DNA from: a virus
Length of the DNA stretch: 64,000 nucleotides
IMG/VR virus record: IMGVR_UViG_3300005683_000016
Coordinates: 78,039-142,038 of that record
Reading direction: 5' to 3' (one strand)
A model generated the notes under the pieces. It worked only from the letters and a program-made list of their open reading frames with translations, made no database searches and was not told the origin of the DNA. Position 1 is the stretch's first letter, and the number at the start of each line of letters is the position of its first letter. Shown one piece after another: positions 27,986 to 37,686 of this stretch. Made by a program: the position numbers and the translations under genes.

Positions 27986-28342
27986 ATGGCACAATTTAAA
28001 TTTAGTCAAGAAGCAAAACAAATTTTTATTGATTGTTACAACAATCCAGAAATTCCCTCTATTAATCTTCACAAAGAAATTACCCTTAAACTTCACGAAG
28101 AAGGATTTCTTCAACCCGATGTAGAACTGTCTAAAGACCTTGTAAGGGAGGCTTTGGAGAATAAGTTAGGATTAGTTTATCGTAAACGTCCTCGTAAAAA
28201 ATCTGAAGAAATTTCAATTTCTTTTGAAGGGGATGAGGTAACAGTTGTTGATACTGAAGAAGTAGAAGAACTGGATGACGTAGAAGATACACAACCTCAA
28301 GTTTGGGAACCTCGTCAAGAACCTGTAAAATTTGAATTTTAA
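27986..28342 (+). CDS. Hypothetical protein with acidic tail
   Basis: Basic RKRPRKK then D/E-rich C-terminus. Confidence 0.6.
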   Translation: MAQFKFSQEAKQIFIDCYNNPEIPSINLHKEITLKLHEEGFLQPDVELSKDLVREALENKLGLVYRKRPRKKSEEISISFEGDEVTVVDTEEVEELDDVEDTQPQVWEPRQEPVKFEF

Positions 28343-28385
28343 AAAAATAACTAATTTATATAATTATTAACAATAATAACAATTT

Positions 28386-29066
28386 ATGCAAGAACAACAA
28401 CAGAATCAACAACAGAGTATGATGGATGTTTTCACTTCTACTGGTGGAAGCAAAACAATTTTTAAGTTTGGACTTAACGAAGGAGTTAAGATCAAAGAGT
28501 GGACTATTAATCACGGTGCTGATAACAGCGCTTTGAAAGTAGTTTATTCTAAACCTAATCCTGGTGAAGAAGGCTCTACAATTATTCAATTTATGAACTT
28601 CCCTAAACCCAAAATGGGGGAGACAGCAGTAAATCCTGTTGCAATTACTACCTTTCTGAATCAAATTCGTAGTTTGGTGGGTCAGTTTGCAAATGTCGCA
28701 GATATTAAGGCTGCTGAAAATCAAGGTGCTGTACTTGCTTGTCAAGAACTTAAAATTGACACTATCGCACAAATTACTCAAAGTATGTCTATGTGTCACC
28801 AAGCCCTTGCTACAATTCTTCGTAGTATGTTTCAACTGGCTGAAACCAAGGGACTTTATCAACTTGAAGGAAGTCTTGTTCTTGGTTACAATAAAAATGG
28901 ATACCTAACACCTCCTAATTGGGGTGAGGGTGGAGTTTGGAGTTCTCCCTTTTATATTGGTGGGATTCCTGTTGTTCCTGCTGCAAGTGAAAAGTTTCTT
29001 CATGTGCGTCCTGTAAAACAATCTGCTACACAACCTGCTGAAACTACATCTACTCCAGGATGGTAG
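28386..29066 (+). CDS. Putative ssDNA-binding protein
   Basis: Position between Sak4-like gene and primase; flexible tail ending in aromatic residue (PGW). Product inferred from context. Confidence 0.45.
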   Translation: MQEQQQNQQQSMMDVFTSTGGSKTIFKFGLNEGVKIKEWTINHGADNSALKVVYSKPNPGEEGSTIIQFMNFPKPKMGETAVNPVAITTFLNQIRSLVGQFANVADIKAAENQGAVLACQELKIDTIAQITQSMSMCHQALATILRSMFQLAETKGLYQLEGSLVLGYNKNGYLTPPNWGEGGVWSSPFYIGGIPVVPAASEKFLHVRPVKQSATQPAETTSTPGW

Positions 29067-29188
29067 AGTATAACTAATTAACCTTTAACACAGCCCTAAA
29101 TAGGATCACAAGCAGGACATGTACTGATAGCCTAACTTGTGTTAAGGTAGAGTGGCGATCTATCCCGGCTGTATTTTTTTTAACTATT

Positions 29189-29521
29189 ATGGATACACCA
29201 ATGTTAAAAAAACTTAGAGAGTATTTAAGGATTACTCCTAAAAAACAAAAGGAGCAAGATTGGAAAGAGGTTAAGGAGATGGGATTAAAAGGTGTTACCG
29301 CAGAAGAACTTATTAATAACACTTATTTTAGGTTAGTGTGGTGTTTTGTAAATGACGAAAAAAATATTTATTACGGGACACCTATAAAAAACAGTTGGTA
29401 TGGAACTCCTGATGTATATGGTAATACATCACTCTTAGAAATGTGGAGAACACAATGTGAAATTGCAAACAAACAATACCCTCATTTAAAACATTGGATT
29501 GAACTTGTAAATAATGCTTGA
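29189..29521 (+). CDS. Hypothetical protein
   Basis: ORF upstream of primase. Confidence 0.5.
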   Translation: MDTPMLKKLREYLRITPKKQKEQDWKEVKEMGLKGVTAEELINNTYFRLVWCFVNDEKNIYYGTPIKNSWYGTPDVYGNTSLLEMWRTQCEIANKQYPHLKHWIELVNNA

Positions 29522-30449
29522 TGAATTCAGGTATATCCCTTATCAGGAACTACTACTAAAAATAGATCAGTTTCAAGTCTGGAGGTATCTAATAGGTAAT
29601 ATAGAGATTGGAGATTTTTTTTTAAATCCCTTTAGGAATGATCGTTCTAAAGGGAGTTGTTGTCTTTATTGGACAGGAGAAGTCCTTAGATTAAAGGACT
29701 TCGCTGATACTTCTACTGATAAGATGGACTGTATCCGAGGATATATGAGAATGTATCCAAATTTAAGTTGGAATCAAGTATGTTCCAATTTGATTAATCT
29801 TACTATTCCAAAGTTAACTACTTCTTCTTACAAAATACTTCCAGGAATAGTAAAGACTGAATACGAACTATTTTACAAAGAATGGACAAACGATTTAGAA
29901 TATTGGATTAATAGAGGTGTGACAATAGATCAACTCAATCGAAAGGAAACTTTAGTTAAGCCTATAAATGGTTTTATCCAAAAAGGAAAATTTACTCAAG
30001 AGACTCATTTTAATGATCTTGTTTTTGTATATCATTTTGATACTCGAATTAAAATCTATTTTCCTACTCGATCAAAACCAAGGTTTATAGGTAATGCTAA
30101 AGGATCAGACTTGTGGCATCTTAGAAGAGGATCTGATACACTGGTAATTCAAAAGTCTCACAAAGATTTTCTTATACTTGAGAATCTTTGTGACTACGAT
30201 TTATTAGTAACTCAAAATGAAACTCCTGTTCTTTCTTCAGATACGATGTTTGATCTTGAAACGTATAGTAAGGTCTTAATTTGGTACGATCCTGATCCAG
30301 CAGGAGTAGAGGGTGCTAACAAGTTAAAAAATCAGTTTATCTATACTCCTGTAAAGATTATTACTTCTTCAGGAGGAAAAGATCTTGACGAAATGTATAT
30401 AAATCATGGAGAAAAGTATTGTTTAAATTTTATAAAAAACAATCTATGA
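29514..30449 (+). CDS. DNA primase (TOPRIM)
   Basis: NPFRND..SC, KDF, KSHKD, QNE, WYDPDPAG and KDLDE motifs. Confidence 0.82.
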   Translation: MLDEFRYIPYQELLLKIDQFQVWRYLIGNIEIGDFFLNPFRNDRSKGSCCLYWTGEVLRLKDFADTSTDKMDCIRGYMRMYPNLSWNQVCSNLINLTIPKLTTSSYKILPGIVKTEYELFYKEWTNDLEYWINRGVTIDQLNRKETLVKPINGFIQKGKFTQETHFNDLVFVYHFDTRIKIYFPTRSKPRFIGNAKGSDLWHLRRGSDTLVIQKSHKDFLILENLCDYDLLVTQNETPVLSSDTMFDLETYSKVLIWYDPDPAGVEGANKLKNQFIYTPVKIITSSGGKDLDEMYINHGEKYCLNFIKNNL

Positions 30450-30584
30450 TAGAAATTTTAAAATTCATGTTTAGTAATGTATGGATATTTTTTGGATGTT
30501 TGGTATTATGGATAAGTACATTAGTCATAATGTTTAAAGGTATAGAAGATATTATACTTGCTATTAAACAACAACCAGAAGATT

Positions 30585-30839
30585 ATGACTGAAAAACAAT
30601 TCAAATCAGAAGTAGAACAAGACTGTGCATATCTTGAAATTGATTTCACAGACGAAACTTATTTATGTGCAAAATGTGGTTCACCAGATATTGATGGACA
30701 ACAATGGGTAGGAGTAAACACGGGTTTTATAGGAGAAATTATCGACGAAGATGAAATTTGGTGTAACAACTGTGAACAAAAGGTGGAAATGGAGCAATAT
30801 GCTACTTTTCTTAAAGAAAAATTGTATGAAAATTTGTAA
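30585..30839 (+). CDS. Zinc-ribbon protein
   Basis: CAKCGS and WCNNC motifs. Confidence 0.6.
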   Translation: MTEKQFKSEVEQDCAYLEIDFTDETYLCAKCGSPDIDGQQWVGVNTGFIGEIIDEDEIWCNNCEQKVEMEQYATFLKEKLYENL

Positions 30840-30841
30840 TT

Positions 30842-31219
30842 ATGTTTAACCTCCCCCCTAATAAAATCAAAACCGTGTTCATAGTATCAAAAGAAAAGGA
30901 AGATGGTTTTCTTTCTTTTATGTTTGATTTTGGACAAAGTTGGGTCGAAAGAGACTTTGACTTCTTATTTAAAAAATTAGAACCTCACGGAGTTCTATTA
31001 TTGAGAGAAAATGACAGTAGATTATCAAAAGTTTTTCAAAAGTTGTATGATGTGGTTGGGGTTACTTATTATACTGTTGGTGCAGAGCACCTGCTTGGCA
31101 CTTCCACAGTAGATCCCTTTATTCACAATTTATTTACCACAAGTAAGCAGTGGAAAGAGTTTGAACACTGCTTTAAAAACCAACATGGTATCACATTTAA
31201 ACAACTATTAAATGAGTAA
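30842..31219 (+). CDS. Hypothetical protein
   Basis: ORF in operon. Confidence 0.5.
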   Translation: MFNLPPNKIKTVFIVSKEKEDGFLSFMFDFGQSWVERDFDFLFKKLEPHGVLLLRENDSRLSKVFQKLYDVVGVTYYTVGAEHLLGTSTVDPFIHNLFTTSKQWKEFEHCFKNQHGITFKQLLNE

Positions 31220-31568
31220 AGAAGAAAAATTTAGACAAGTTGTTGTCGAATGTATAAATCAACAACTTCTTCCTTATGATTTAACTTACGACGATGTTAA
31301 AAAAGGAGGTCAAAAAGAGTTTATTAAAGTGTTTAAACCTAAACTAAATACTTTGTGGGGATTTATCAAATACCCCACCTTTTATGAAAAAGTACCTTGG
31401 TATCAATATTACACTTTTAAGACCAAAGAACAGTTTGAAGATTGGAAAACTTTTTGTATCCTTAAAATAATGAAATGTGGATACACCAAAGCACAAGCAG
31501 AGTTTGAATTTTCTTGGCTTAATCTAAATTGGGGTTTAAAAGAAGAATACTTGTATGCCAAAGTTTAA
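31212..31568 (+). CDS. Hypothetical protein
   Basis: ORF in operon. Confidence 0.55.
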   Translation: MSKEEKFRQVVVECINQQLLPYDLTYDDVKKGGQKEFIKVFKPKLNTLWGFIKYPTFYEKVPWYQYYTFKTKEQFEDWKTFCILKIMKCGYTKAQAEFEFSWLNLNWGLKEEYLYAKV

Positions 31569-31752
31569 AATTAACTGTACTGTTCTTGGTAAAGAATATA
31601 ACGTAACTATAGAAGCAAAAGACTCTGCTGAAGCACAGCGTATATTGTTTCAAGAGATAGCAAAAGCAACTGTAATTAATTCTATACAAGAACAGACTTC
31701 CGAGAAATCTAAAGATTTTAATATTGGAGACATTTTTAACTTTTTAAAATGA
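31555..31752 (+). CDS. Hypothetical protein
   Basis: ORF in operon. Confidence 0.5.
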   Translation: MPKFKINCTVLGKEYNVTIEAKDSAEAQRILFQEIAKATVINSIQEQTSEKSKDFNIGDIFNFLK

Positions 31753-32078
31753 TAATTCACGACAAACTAATTGAACCTTTTGTAATTGAGATTACAGAAG
31801 ATCAGTATATTCTTAAAGAAATTAAACCTATAGATACTTCTCACCATAAGAGTAAGGGAGAAGAAGGAGAGAGGGAAGTTATTCATGGTTATTTTGTAGA
31901 GTTAAGTCCGATAGTTAAAAAAATTATCAGATTGAAACTCGCAAAAGAAGAGAGTGTAGTAACTCTTAAGGAGTTTGCTACCAAGTGGGTAGATTTTTAC
32001 ATAAAGTTTAACGAATTATTTAATGATAAAGTATATCAAGGGGAATCTGATCCAGATGTTCAAGGAGAATCAATTTGA
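31749..32078 (+). CDS. Hypothetical protein
   Basis: ORF in operon. Confidence 0.55.
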   Translation: MIIHDKLIEPFVIEITEDQYILKEIKPIDTSHHKSKGEEGEREVIHGYFVELSPIVKKIIRLKLAKEESVVTLKEFATKWVDFYIKFNELFNDKVYQGESDPDVQGESI

Positions 32079-32511
32079 CTATCTCTTACATCAGTGTAAT
32101 TGTTTTAATTCAGGAGTAGGTTTTGCTGGAGCACTTTTTAACGAGTATCCAGATACTAAACCTTTACCTCAGTATTCATACACACATGTTCGACTTGGTA
32201 CAAACGATTACAAACCTACTCTGAACGGAATGATAGTGAATATGTTTTCACAATACAATCCCGGAGGCTGTACCGACACTGGTGTAGATTCTTTTCCTAT
32301 CAGAATTAAAGCATTAGAATTATGTCTAAAGGAAATAAACGATTCAATAAGCGTATATGCAAAGATAGGAATGCCCTTAATTGCATCAGGAATTGCAGCA
32401 GATAAAGTAAACAAACAAGGTAAAACTGATTTAGAATACTTTTTACGTTATATTGCTCCGTTAGTAAACCATTGTTTACCCGATAGAGATATAACTGTAG
32501 TATACCTATAA
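32023..32511 (+). CDS. Macro domain protein (ADP-ribose binding/hydrolase)
   Basis: IKGNL, HQCNC..GVGFAG, VNMFSQ and MPLIASGIA motifs. Confidence 0.82.
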   Translation: MIKYIKGNLIQMFKENQFDYLLHQCNCFNSGVGFAGALFNEYPDTKPLPQYSYTHVRLGTNDYKPTLNGMIVNMFSQYNPGGCTDTGVDSFPIRIKALELCLKEINDSISVYAKIGMPLIASGIAADKVNKQGKTDLEYFLRYIAPLVNHCLPDRDITVVYL

Positions 32512-32589
32512 ATTATGAACAGTTAAGTAGACTTACATAATTATAAAAATGTTTTTTGGTGCTAATATTGATATAAAGAAATTTCGCTT

Positions 32590-32597
32590 TATCTTTG
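32590..32597 (+). promoter_or_regulatory. Bacteroidota -7 promoter element
   Basis: TATCTTTG upstream of GIY-YIG gene. Confidence 0.6.
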
Positions 32598-32612
32598 CAT
32601 CAAAACATTTTT

Positions 32613-33674
32613 ATGAGAGATTTAATTTTACAACTGTTAGTTTTAGAACATCACTGTCATCTGTATAAAACAGGTATATATAAAATAATAAACAAGAGAA
32701 CTAATAAATTTTATATAGGATCTGCCAGTAGAGAAGGAAATAAAAAACCTTGTGATAATGGTTTTTATGCAAGATTCTATGAACATCTTTGCAGACTAAA
32801 GAAGAACAAGCACAATAGTATTTATTTACAAAGATCTTGGAATAAGTATAATATTCAAGATTGGAAAATAGAAATACTTGAAGTATGTGATAAGCAAGAT
32901 TGCGTAATTAAAGAGCAATATTATCTAAATAACTTGTTATTTGCTGAAGAATTTATTAAAAGTAAAGGAAAGGATAGGAGATTCTTAAACTTAGGATACA
33001 ATGTCAGCCCCTCTTCTATAAGACCTGTTAGAAATAGAAAAAATTATAAAAAAGTATATCAATATGATTTAGAAGGAAACCTTATTAGAGGATGGGAATC
33101 TTTGACAAAGGCTGCTGAGTTTTACGACGACGTGTGTTCTAATATAATTAGAAGTTGTAAAAAAGGAACAACTTGTAAAGGATATAGATGGAAATATGAA
33201 AAAGAAAGAAAGTTAAAATTTTCAGATAAAAATCCAATTTATTTATTTTATGAAACTGGCGAGTTTTATAAATATTTTTCTTCTTATGAAGAAGTAATAC
33301 ATTATTTTAAAACTCAGTTTGATATTACGTTACAGAAACAAGTTATTAGAAAATCAATACGAGGACTTGTCAATATTTATAGAGGGTTTATTTGGAAAAA
33401 CTCTAATACTATTACAGTAAAAGATGTAGAAAAAAACGCTATTGTGTTTAAAAACAAAAAATTTGTTGGAGTCTACAGCACTTTAAAAACCCTAAGAAAA
33501 TTAAACTTGATACCTCATTGTAATTGGAACATGGGGTATACTAATCACTATGGGTATATTAAAACAAAGTCAGGATATGAAGTTTTTAAAAGATGTTCCG
33601 TTGAGATTTATACAGATATAGAGAAATATTATGAACTATTACCAAACATTACAAAATCTGCACGACTATCTTAA
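32613..33674 (+). CDS. Free-standing GIY-YIG homing endonuclease with NUMOD1 repeats
   Basis: TGIYKI...FYIGS, EQYY and VYQYDLEGNLIRGWES motifs; likely ATG at 32613. Confidence 0.9.
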   Translation: MRDLILQLLVLEHHCHLYKTGIYKIINKRTNKFYIGSASREGNKKPCDNGFYARFYEHLCRLKKNKHNSIYLQRSWNKYNIQDWKIEILEVCDKQDCVIKEQYYLNNLLFAEEFIKSKGKDRRFLNLGYNVSPSSIRPVRNRKNYKKVYQYDLEGNLIRGWESLTKAAEFYDDVCSNIIRSCKKGTTCKGYRWKYEKERKLKFSDKNPIYLFYETGEFYKYFSSYEEVIHYFKTQFDITLQKQVIRKSIRGLVNIYRGFIWKNSNTITVKDVEKNAIVFKNKKFVGVYSTLKTLRKLNLIPHCNWNMGYTNHYGYIKTKSGYEVFKRCSVEIYTDIEKYYELLPNITKSARLS

Positions 33675-34686
33675 TAGTTCTGCAATTAATCAGTCTTTTT
33701 TAAAATTAGTATTATCTAACAGAGTAAACACAAAGTTTAAGGAAACTCCTTTACTTGCAATCGGCTCTTACGTGGACTGTCTTTTGACCTCACCTCATCT
33801 TAAAGAAGACCTGTTTATAGACGATCTTGATAAAAGACCTTCTGAAACCATCAGGGGGTTTTTGATTCAACTTAGAGATATTCTTTTGTCTACAGAATCT
33901 TCCATAGGAGAACTCAAGGATCACAAAGACTTAGTGATTCAAATTGCAAAAGACGCTAACTACAATTCTAAATGGGGTGATGACGCCATTTGGAACGCTA
34001 TTGAAAAGGATGGAAGTACTTATTGGGAATTTCTTCTTAAAAGTAATGGAAAATCAATCCTTACTAAGGAGGAGAAAGAGTTATCTAACAGAGTAGTTAG
34101 TTTAACGTTAGACCATTATGTTACAGGAAAGTATTTTATTGAACAGCCCAATGTAGATAAGTATTTTCAAAAAGACATTTATTGGACATATAATGGATTA
34201 AATTGTAAAGGTCTTATAGACTTACTTATTGTAGAGCACGAGACTAAATCCATCTATCTAATAGATATTAAATCAACCACCGTCTCATCTATCGAGGAAT
34301 GGTTTAGAGTTTGTAAGTCTAAAAACTATCCTTTTCAACTTGCTTTTTATAAGGAAGGAATTGAACAAAATTTTAACTTGGAAGGCTATACTGTTTATTG
34401 TAGATGGATGGTTCTTCCTTTAAAAGGAGAGATATTTAAACCTTGGATTATTCCCTGTACAGATTTAATGTTAGAAGTAGGAAAATACGGCTATGAGGAG
34501 GAAAAGAAAATTTATGTTCAAGGGAGTAAGTATCTTTCTGATGTAAGTTATCCTGGTTATAATACAGCGATAAATAACTACTTATGGGCTACACGAGCAG
34601 GATTAAAAGACTTTGACATCCTTTATGACACTGAGGGTGGAAAAATGGGTGAGTTTACAGCAGATCAGTATTTTATAACTAAATAA
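33631..34686 (+). CDS. PD-(D/E)XK exonuclease (RecE/ExoVIII-like)
   Basis: INQSFLK, GSYVDCLLT, KGLID, IDIKS and QLAFY motifs. Confidence 0.85.
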   Translation: MNYYQTLQNLHDYLNSSAINQSFLKLVLSNRVNTKFKETPLLAIGSYVDCLLTSPHLKEDLFIDDLDKRPSETIRGFLIQLRDILLSTESSIGELKDHKDLVIQIAKDANYNSKWGDDAIWNAIEKDGSTYWEFLLKSNGKSILTKEEKELSNRVVSLTLDHYVTGKYFIEQPNVDKYFQKDIYWTYNGLNCKGLIDLLIVEHETKSIYLIDIKSTTVSSIEEWFRVCKSKNYPFQLAFYKEGIEQNFNLEGYTVYCRWMVLPLKGEIFKPWIIPCTDLMLEVGKYGYEEEKKIYVQGSKYLSDVSYPGYNTAINNYLWATRAGLKDFDILYDTEGGKMGEFTADQYFITK

Positions 34687-34693
34687 AAAATGT

Positions 34694-35380
34694 GTGTATA
34701 CGAGAAATCAGACCACTAAATACCTTTTACCATGTGTTAATACGTTTGGGTCAACTTTTTTCAAAGAGTTGGACTCATTAACTAATTACGCTCTTGGTCA
34801 CACTATTCTCAGTAGTGCGACTCAAATAGGAATAGGAGACGCTCTTTATTTCCGAGCAAAGAAATTTCCCAAAAAAAGTCTTTTATTCATAGTCTTTGAC
34901 ACTTTAGGGCCTTACAATGACCATAAAAATTTCTACATAGATGTAAACAAGGGAAAGTTGAGATTTCAAAACTTTCTTTCTTATGTAAGGAACACATCTT
35001 TTTATGTAGATGATTACTGGTTCAATAAAAACCAGCATTGTGTTGTATTTAATCTTGCAAAGTTTGAACACAGTTACAACATGTTCTTAAAGTCACGTTA
35101 CTCTTTAATGTATACTTTAGAGCAGATTAAACAACTCCAAATTCCTGCCAAGATTAAAAAAAAAGATCGAGAATATGATGGAGGAGTATATACCGTGCTT
35201 ACAAAAGGAAAGTCTGGTAAAACTTTTCTTAAATCTGTAGTAGAAGAAAAGTTTGGTGTTACTGCCATTGCAGATAACCCACTGGAGTACGATATAAATT
35301 GGCTTCCTCAAGATGAGATTTTTTTATGGGAACTATTAGATGAACAAGAAAAACAAAAAATTTATGACCTTAAGTGTTAG
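34694..35380 (+). CDS. Hypothetical phage protein
   Basis: ORF following the nuclease; N.T..YLLP and F..S.YS pattern. Confidence 0.6.
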   Translation: MYTRNQTTKYLLPCVNTFGSTFFKELDSLTNYALGHTILSSATQIGIGDALYFRAKKFPKKSLLFIVFDTLGPYNDHKNFYIDVNKGKLRFQNFLSYVRNTSFYVDDYWFNKNQHCVVFNLAKFEHSYNMFLKSRYSLMYTLEQIKQLQIPAKIKKKDREYDGGVYTVLTKGKSGKTFLKSVVEEKFGVTAIADNPLEYDINWLPQDEIFLWELLDEQEKQKIYDLKC

Positions 35381-35642
35381 ACAAGAGATGGAAACTTCTA
35401 CTAAATATTACAAGGTAGAGTTTTCTACTGGAGGTAAATCCTTCAAAGGAGTAGTTAAGTTCTATCCGGGAGATCGTTACTGGATAGGGATATTTCCAGA
35501 TGGAAACAATTTTATGGTTCGTAAAGAACCTATTAGTCAATTTCTATTGGATCACGGAGAAGAAACCTACAAAGAAGTTTTCCAGCATCTGTGGGAAAAA
35601 GTTAAACTAAATATAGATGGACAAAATCCTAATAGTAATTAA
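35340..35642 (+). CDS. Hypothetical protein
   Basis: ORF in operon; start uncertain. Confidence 0.5.
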   Translation: MNKKNKKFMTLSVRQEMETSTKYYKVEFSTGGKSFKGVVKFYPGDRYWIGIFPDGNNFMVRKEPISQFLLDHGEETYKEVFQHLWEKVKLNIDGQNPNSN

Positions 35643-35817
35643 CAACGGAGTAGTAACGTCTATAATTAAAAATTTTCAACCTGAAGTTGAAGCAATAATT
35701 ATAGACTTGGATAACCGACAAGTAGGAGAAGAATACATCGAAAGAGTAAATGTTCCTACTAATCTTGATCCTTACATCGAAGAATATATTAACTCATTAG
35801 AAATTCAAGAAGCATGA
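35617..35817 (+). CDS. Hypothetical protein
   Basis: ORF in operon. Confidence 0.5.
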   Translation: MDKILIVINNGVVTSIIKNFQPEVEAIIIDLDNRQVGEEYIERVNVPTNLDPYIEEYINSLEIQEA

Positions 35818-35956
35818 CACTTACTAATGATTACGATTGGAACGTTTTTGTAACTCAAGTAAATAATGATTTACTTAATTATATTCCTTTTAAAACACTT
35901 TTACAAATTTTTATCTAATTTTTTTCTAAATTGTTTTATGATAACATATAATTATG

Positions 35957-35964
35957 TATTTTTG
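35957..35964 (+). promoter_or_regulatory. Bacteroidota -7 promoter element
   Basis: TATTTTTG upstream of GIY-YIG gene. Confidence 0.6.
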
Positions 35965-35981
35965 CAGGAAATATATGATAT

Positions 35982-36974
35982 ATGTCAGAAACAATTTTCA
36001 AAGAAAAAGGAGTTTACAAAATAACATTTAGTCACTCTAACAAGTGTTACATAGGTTCTACATATTCTTCACAGGGTTTTAAAAAACGATGGGATTGTCA
36101 CTTACGAGACCTAAAAAGAGGAATCCATCATAATTCTCACTTACAGAATACCTACAACAAATATCCTAATTCTGTTATTATATTTGATGTTGTCGAATCT
36201 TTAGATACAGATTGTGAACATATTTTAAAAAGAGAAGAGTACTGGATTGATTATTACGACTCCGTAAAAAGCGGATATAATTTATCACCTCATGCTGATG
36301 ATAGTAGAAGAATTTTAGAATTTGTACAAAAGGCTAAAAAGAGATTATTACAATATGATTTAGATGGAAACTTTATTAAGGAATGGGACTCGGTTACTGA
36401 AGCCCATAAATACGGATACATAGTGTCTTTTCGATCAAATCATTCGAAAAAAACAGGTATTTGTTTTACAAAAAATAGTCAGTGGATGAGATGGAGAAAG
36501 AATTATCCTTTAACAATACCTCCGTACGTTAATCCTGCAAATAAAAAAGTATTATGTTATAGAATTGATGGTTCTTTTTATAAAATTTATGAATCTCTTT
36601 CAGAATTTAGTGACGAGTGGAAAATAGATCATGGATTTTTAAGTCATCACATGTTAGGGAAATCTCGATATGTACGAGAATTTGTGTTAAAACCGTTTAC
36701 TGAAGATTACCCTTTATATATAGATCCTGTTTGCAGACAACACCCTTTTCAATTTCCTGTTCTTTTAGTGGAAAAAGAAACTAATAAACAGTCTTTGTTT
36801 TATTCATTAAATGAAGCAGTAAAAGAGAAGTTTAACAGACAGTTAATCTTAAAATCAATTAACACTAACAAACCTTTTAAATGTAGAAGTCGAAACAACA
36901 CGTTATTTTTTGCTCGAAAAATATCTTATCAAGAATACTTAACATTAAAGTATGAAAAAAATAAAAAGCATTAG
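35982..36974 (+). CDS. Free-standing GIY-YIG homing endonuclease
   Basis: GVYKI...YIGS, R...H, REEYWI, GYN and QYDLDGNFIKEWDS motifs. Confidence 0.9.
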   Translation: MSETIFKEKGVYKITFSHSNKCYIGSTYSSQGFKKRWDCHLRDLKRGIHHNSHLQNTYNKYPNSVIIFDVVESLDTDCEHILKREEYWIDYYDSVKSGYNLSPHADDSRRILEFVQKAKKRLLQYDLDGNFIKEWDSVTEAHKYGYIVSFRSNHSKKTGICFTKNSQWMRWRKNYPLTIPPYVNPANKKVLCYRIDGSFYKIYESLSEFSDEWKIDHGFLSHHMLGKSRYVREFVLKPFTEDYPLYIDPVCRQHPFQFPVLLVEKETNKQSLFYSLNEAVKEKFNRQLILKSINTNKPFKCRSRNNTLFFARKISYQEYLTLKYEKNKKH

Positions 36975-37686
36975 TAGATCCGAAGTTTTTTCTATTCCTA
37001 TTCCAGAAAAAACAGACTCTTATTCTCCAATAGAAAATGGTTTTTTAATTTCAAAAATTATCGAAGAGTGTAGAAACAGAAATTGTGAAATTGTTAAAGA
37101 AGAATATGAAGCAGCATCTGGAGGAATGCAAGTTAAAATGAAATTCTTTATTCAACCCGAATTGAATAATAATGGATTTCAAATATCGGTTTTGAATTCA
37201 TATAACAAAACTATAGCAGCAAGAATGTGTGGTGGAATATTTGCCCATATTTGTTGGAATTTAAATTATATTGGAGAAATTACTGACTATAGAAAACATA
37301 CAGGAGATGCTAAAGAGGATGTCCAAAATTTTATTACAAATGTGTTTGATAATCAACGTAATAAGTTTATAAACGCACAAACTCTGGAAAACGCAATGAA
37401 AGTAGTTCCTCTCTCGAAGAGAGAACAAGCAGAATTAGCAGGTAGGATGTTGATTGATGAAGAAATAATTGCTATAAATCAATTAAGTCTGATTCAGAAG
37501 CAGATTAAATCTCCAGACTTTAAATACGATTTTAATAATGACAGTTTGTGGGGGTTATATAACCACACAACTCACGCTATCAAAACAGAGCATCCAATGT
37601 TTTACCTACAAACTCAACAAGCCGTTCAAGAATTCTTTGTAGAAACCTACGAAGAAGTAACCCAAAACAAACTCATTCTTATCTAA
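36952..37686 (+). CDS. DUF932-like protein
   Basis: YSPI, NSYNKT, ICWN, RKHTG and SLWGLYNHTTH motifs. Confidence 0.7.
   Translation: MKKIKSISRSEVFSIPIPEKTDSYSPIENGFLISKIIEECRNRNCEIVKEEYEAASGGMQVKMKFFIQPELNNNGFQISVLNSYNKTIAARMCGGIFAHICWNLNYIGEITDYRKHTGDAKEDVQNFITNVFDNQRNKFINAQTLENAMKVVPLSKREQAELAGRMLIDEEIIAINQLSLIQKQIKSPDFKYDFNNDSLWGLYNHTTHAIKTEHPMFYLQTQQAVQEFFVETYEEVTQNKLILI

Noticed and set aside
29079-29181. Twister ribozyme (TAACACAGCC...TCACAAGC...AGAGTG resemblance)
   Set aside because: P1 and P4 stems could not be formed and an extra segment interrupts the expected junction; kept only as a generic structured element.
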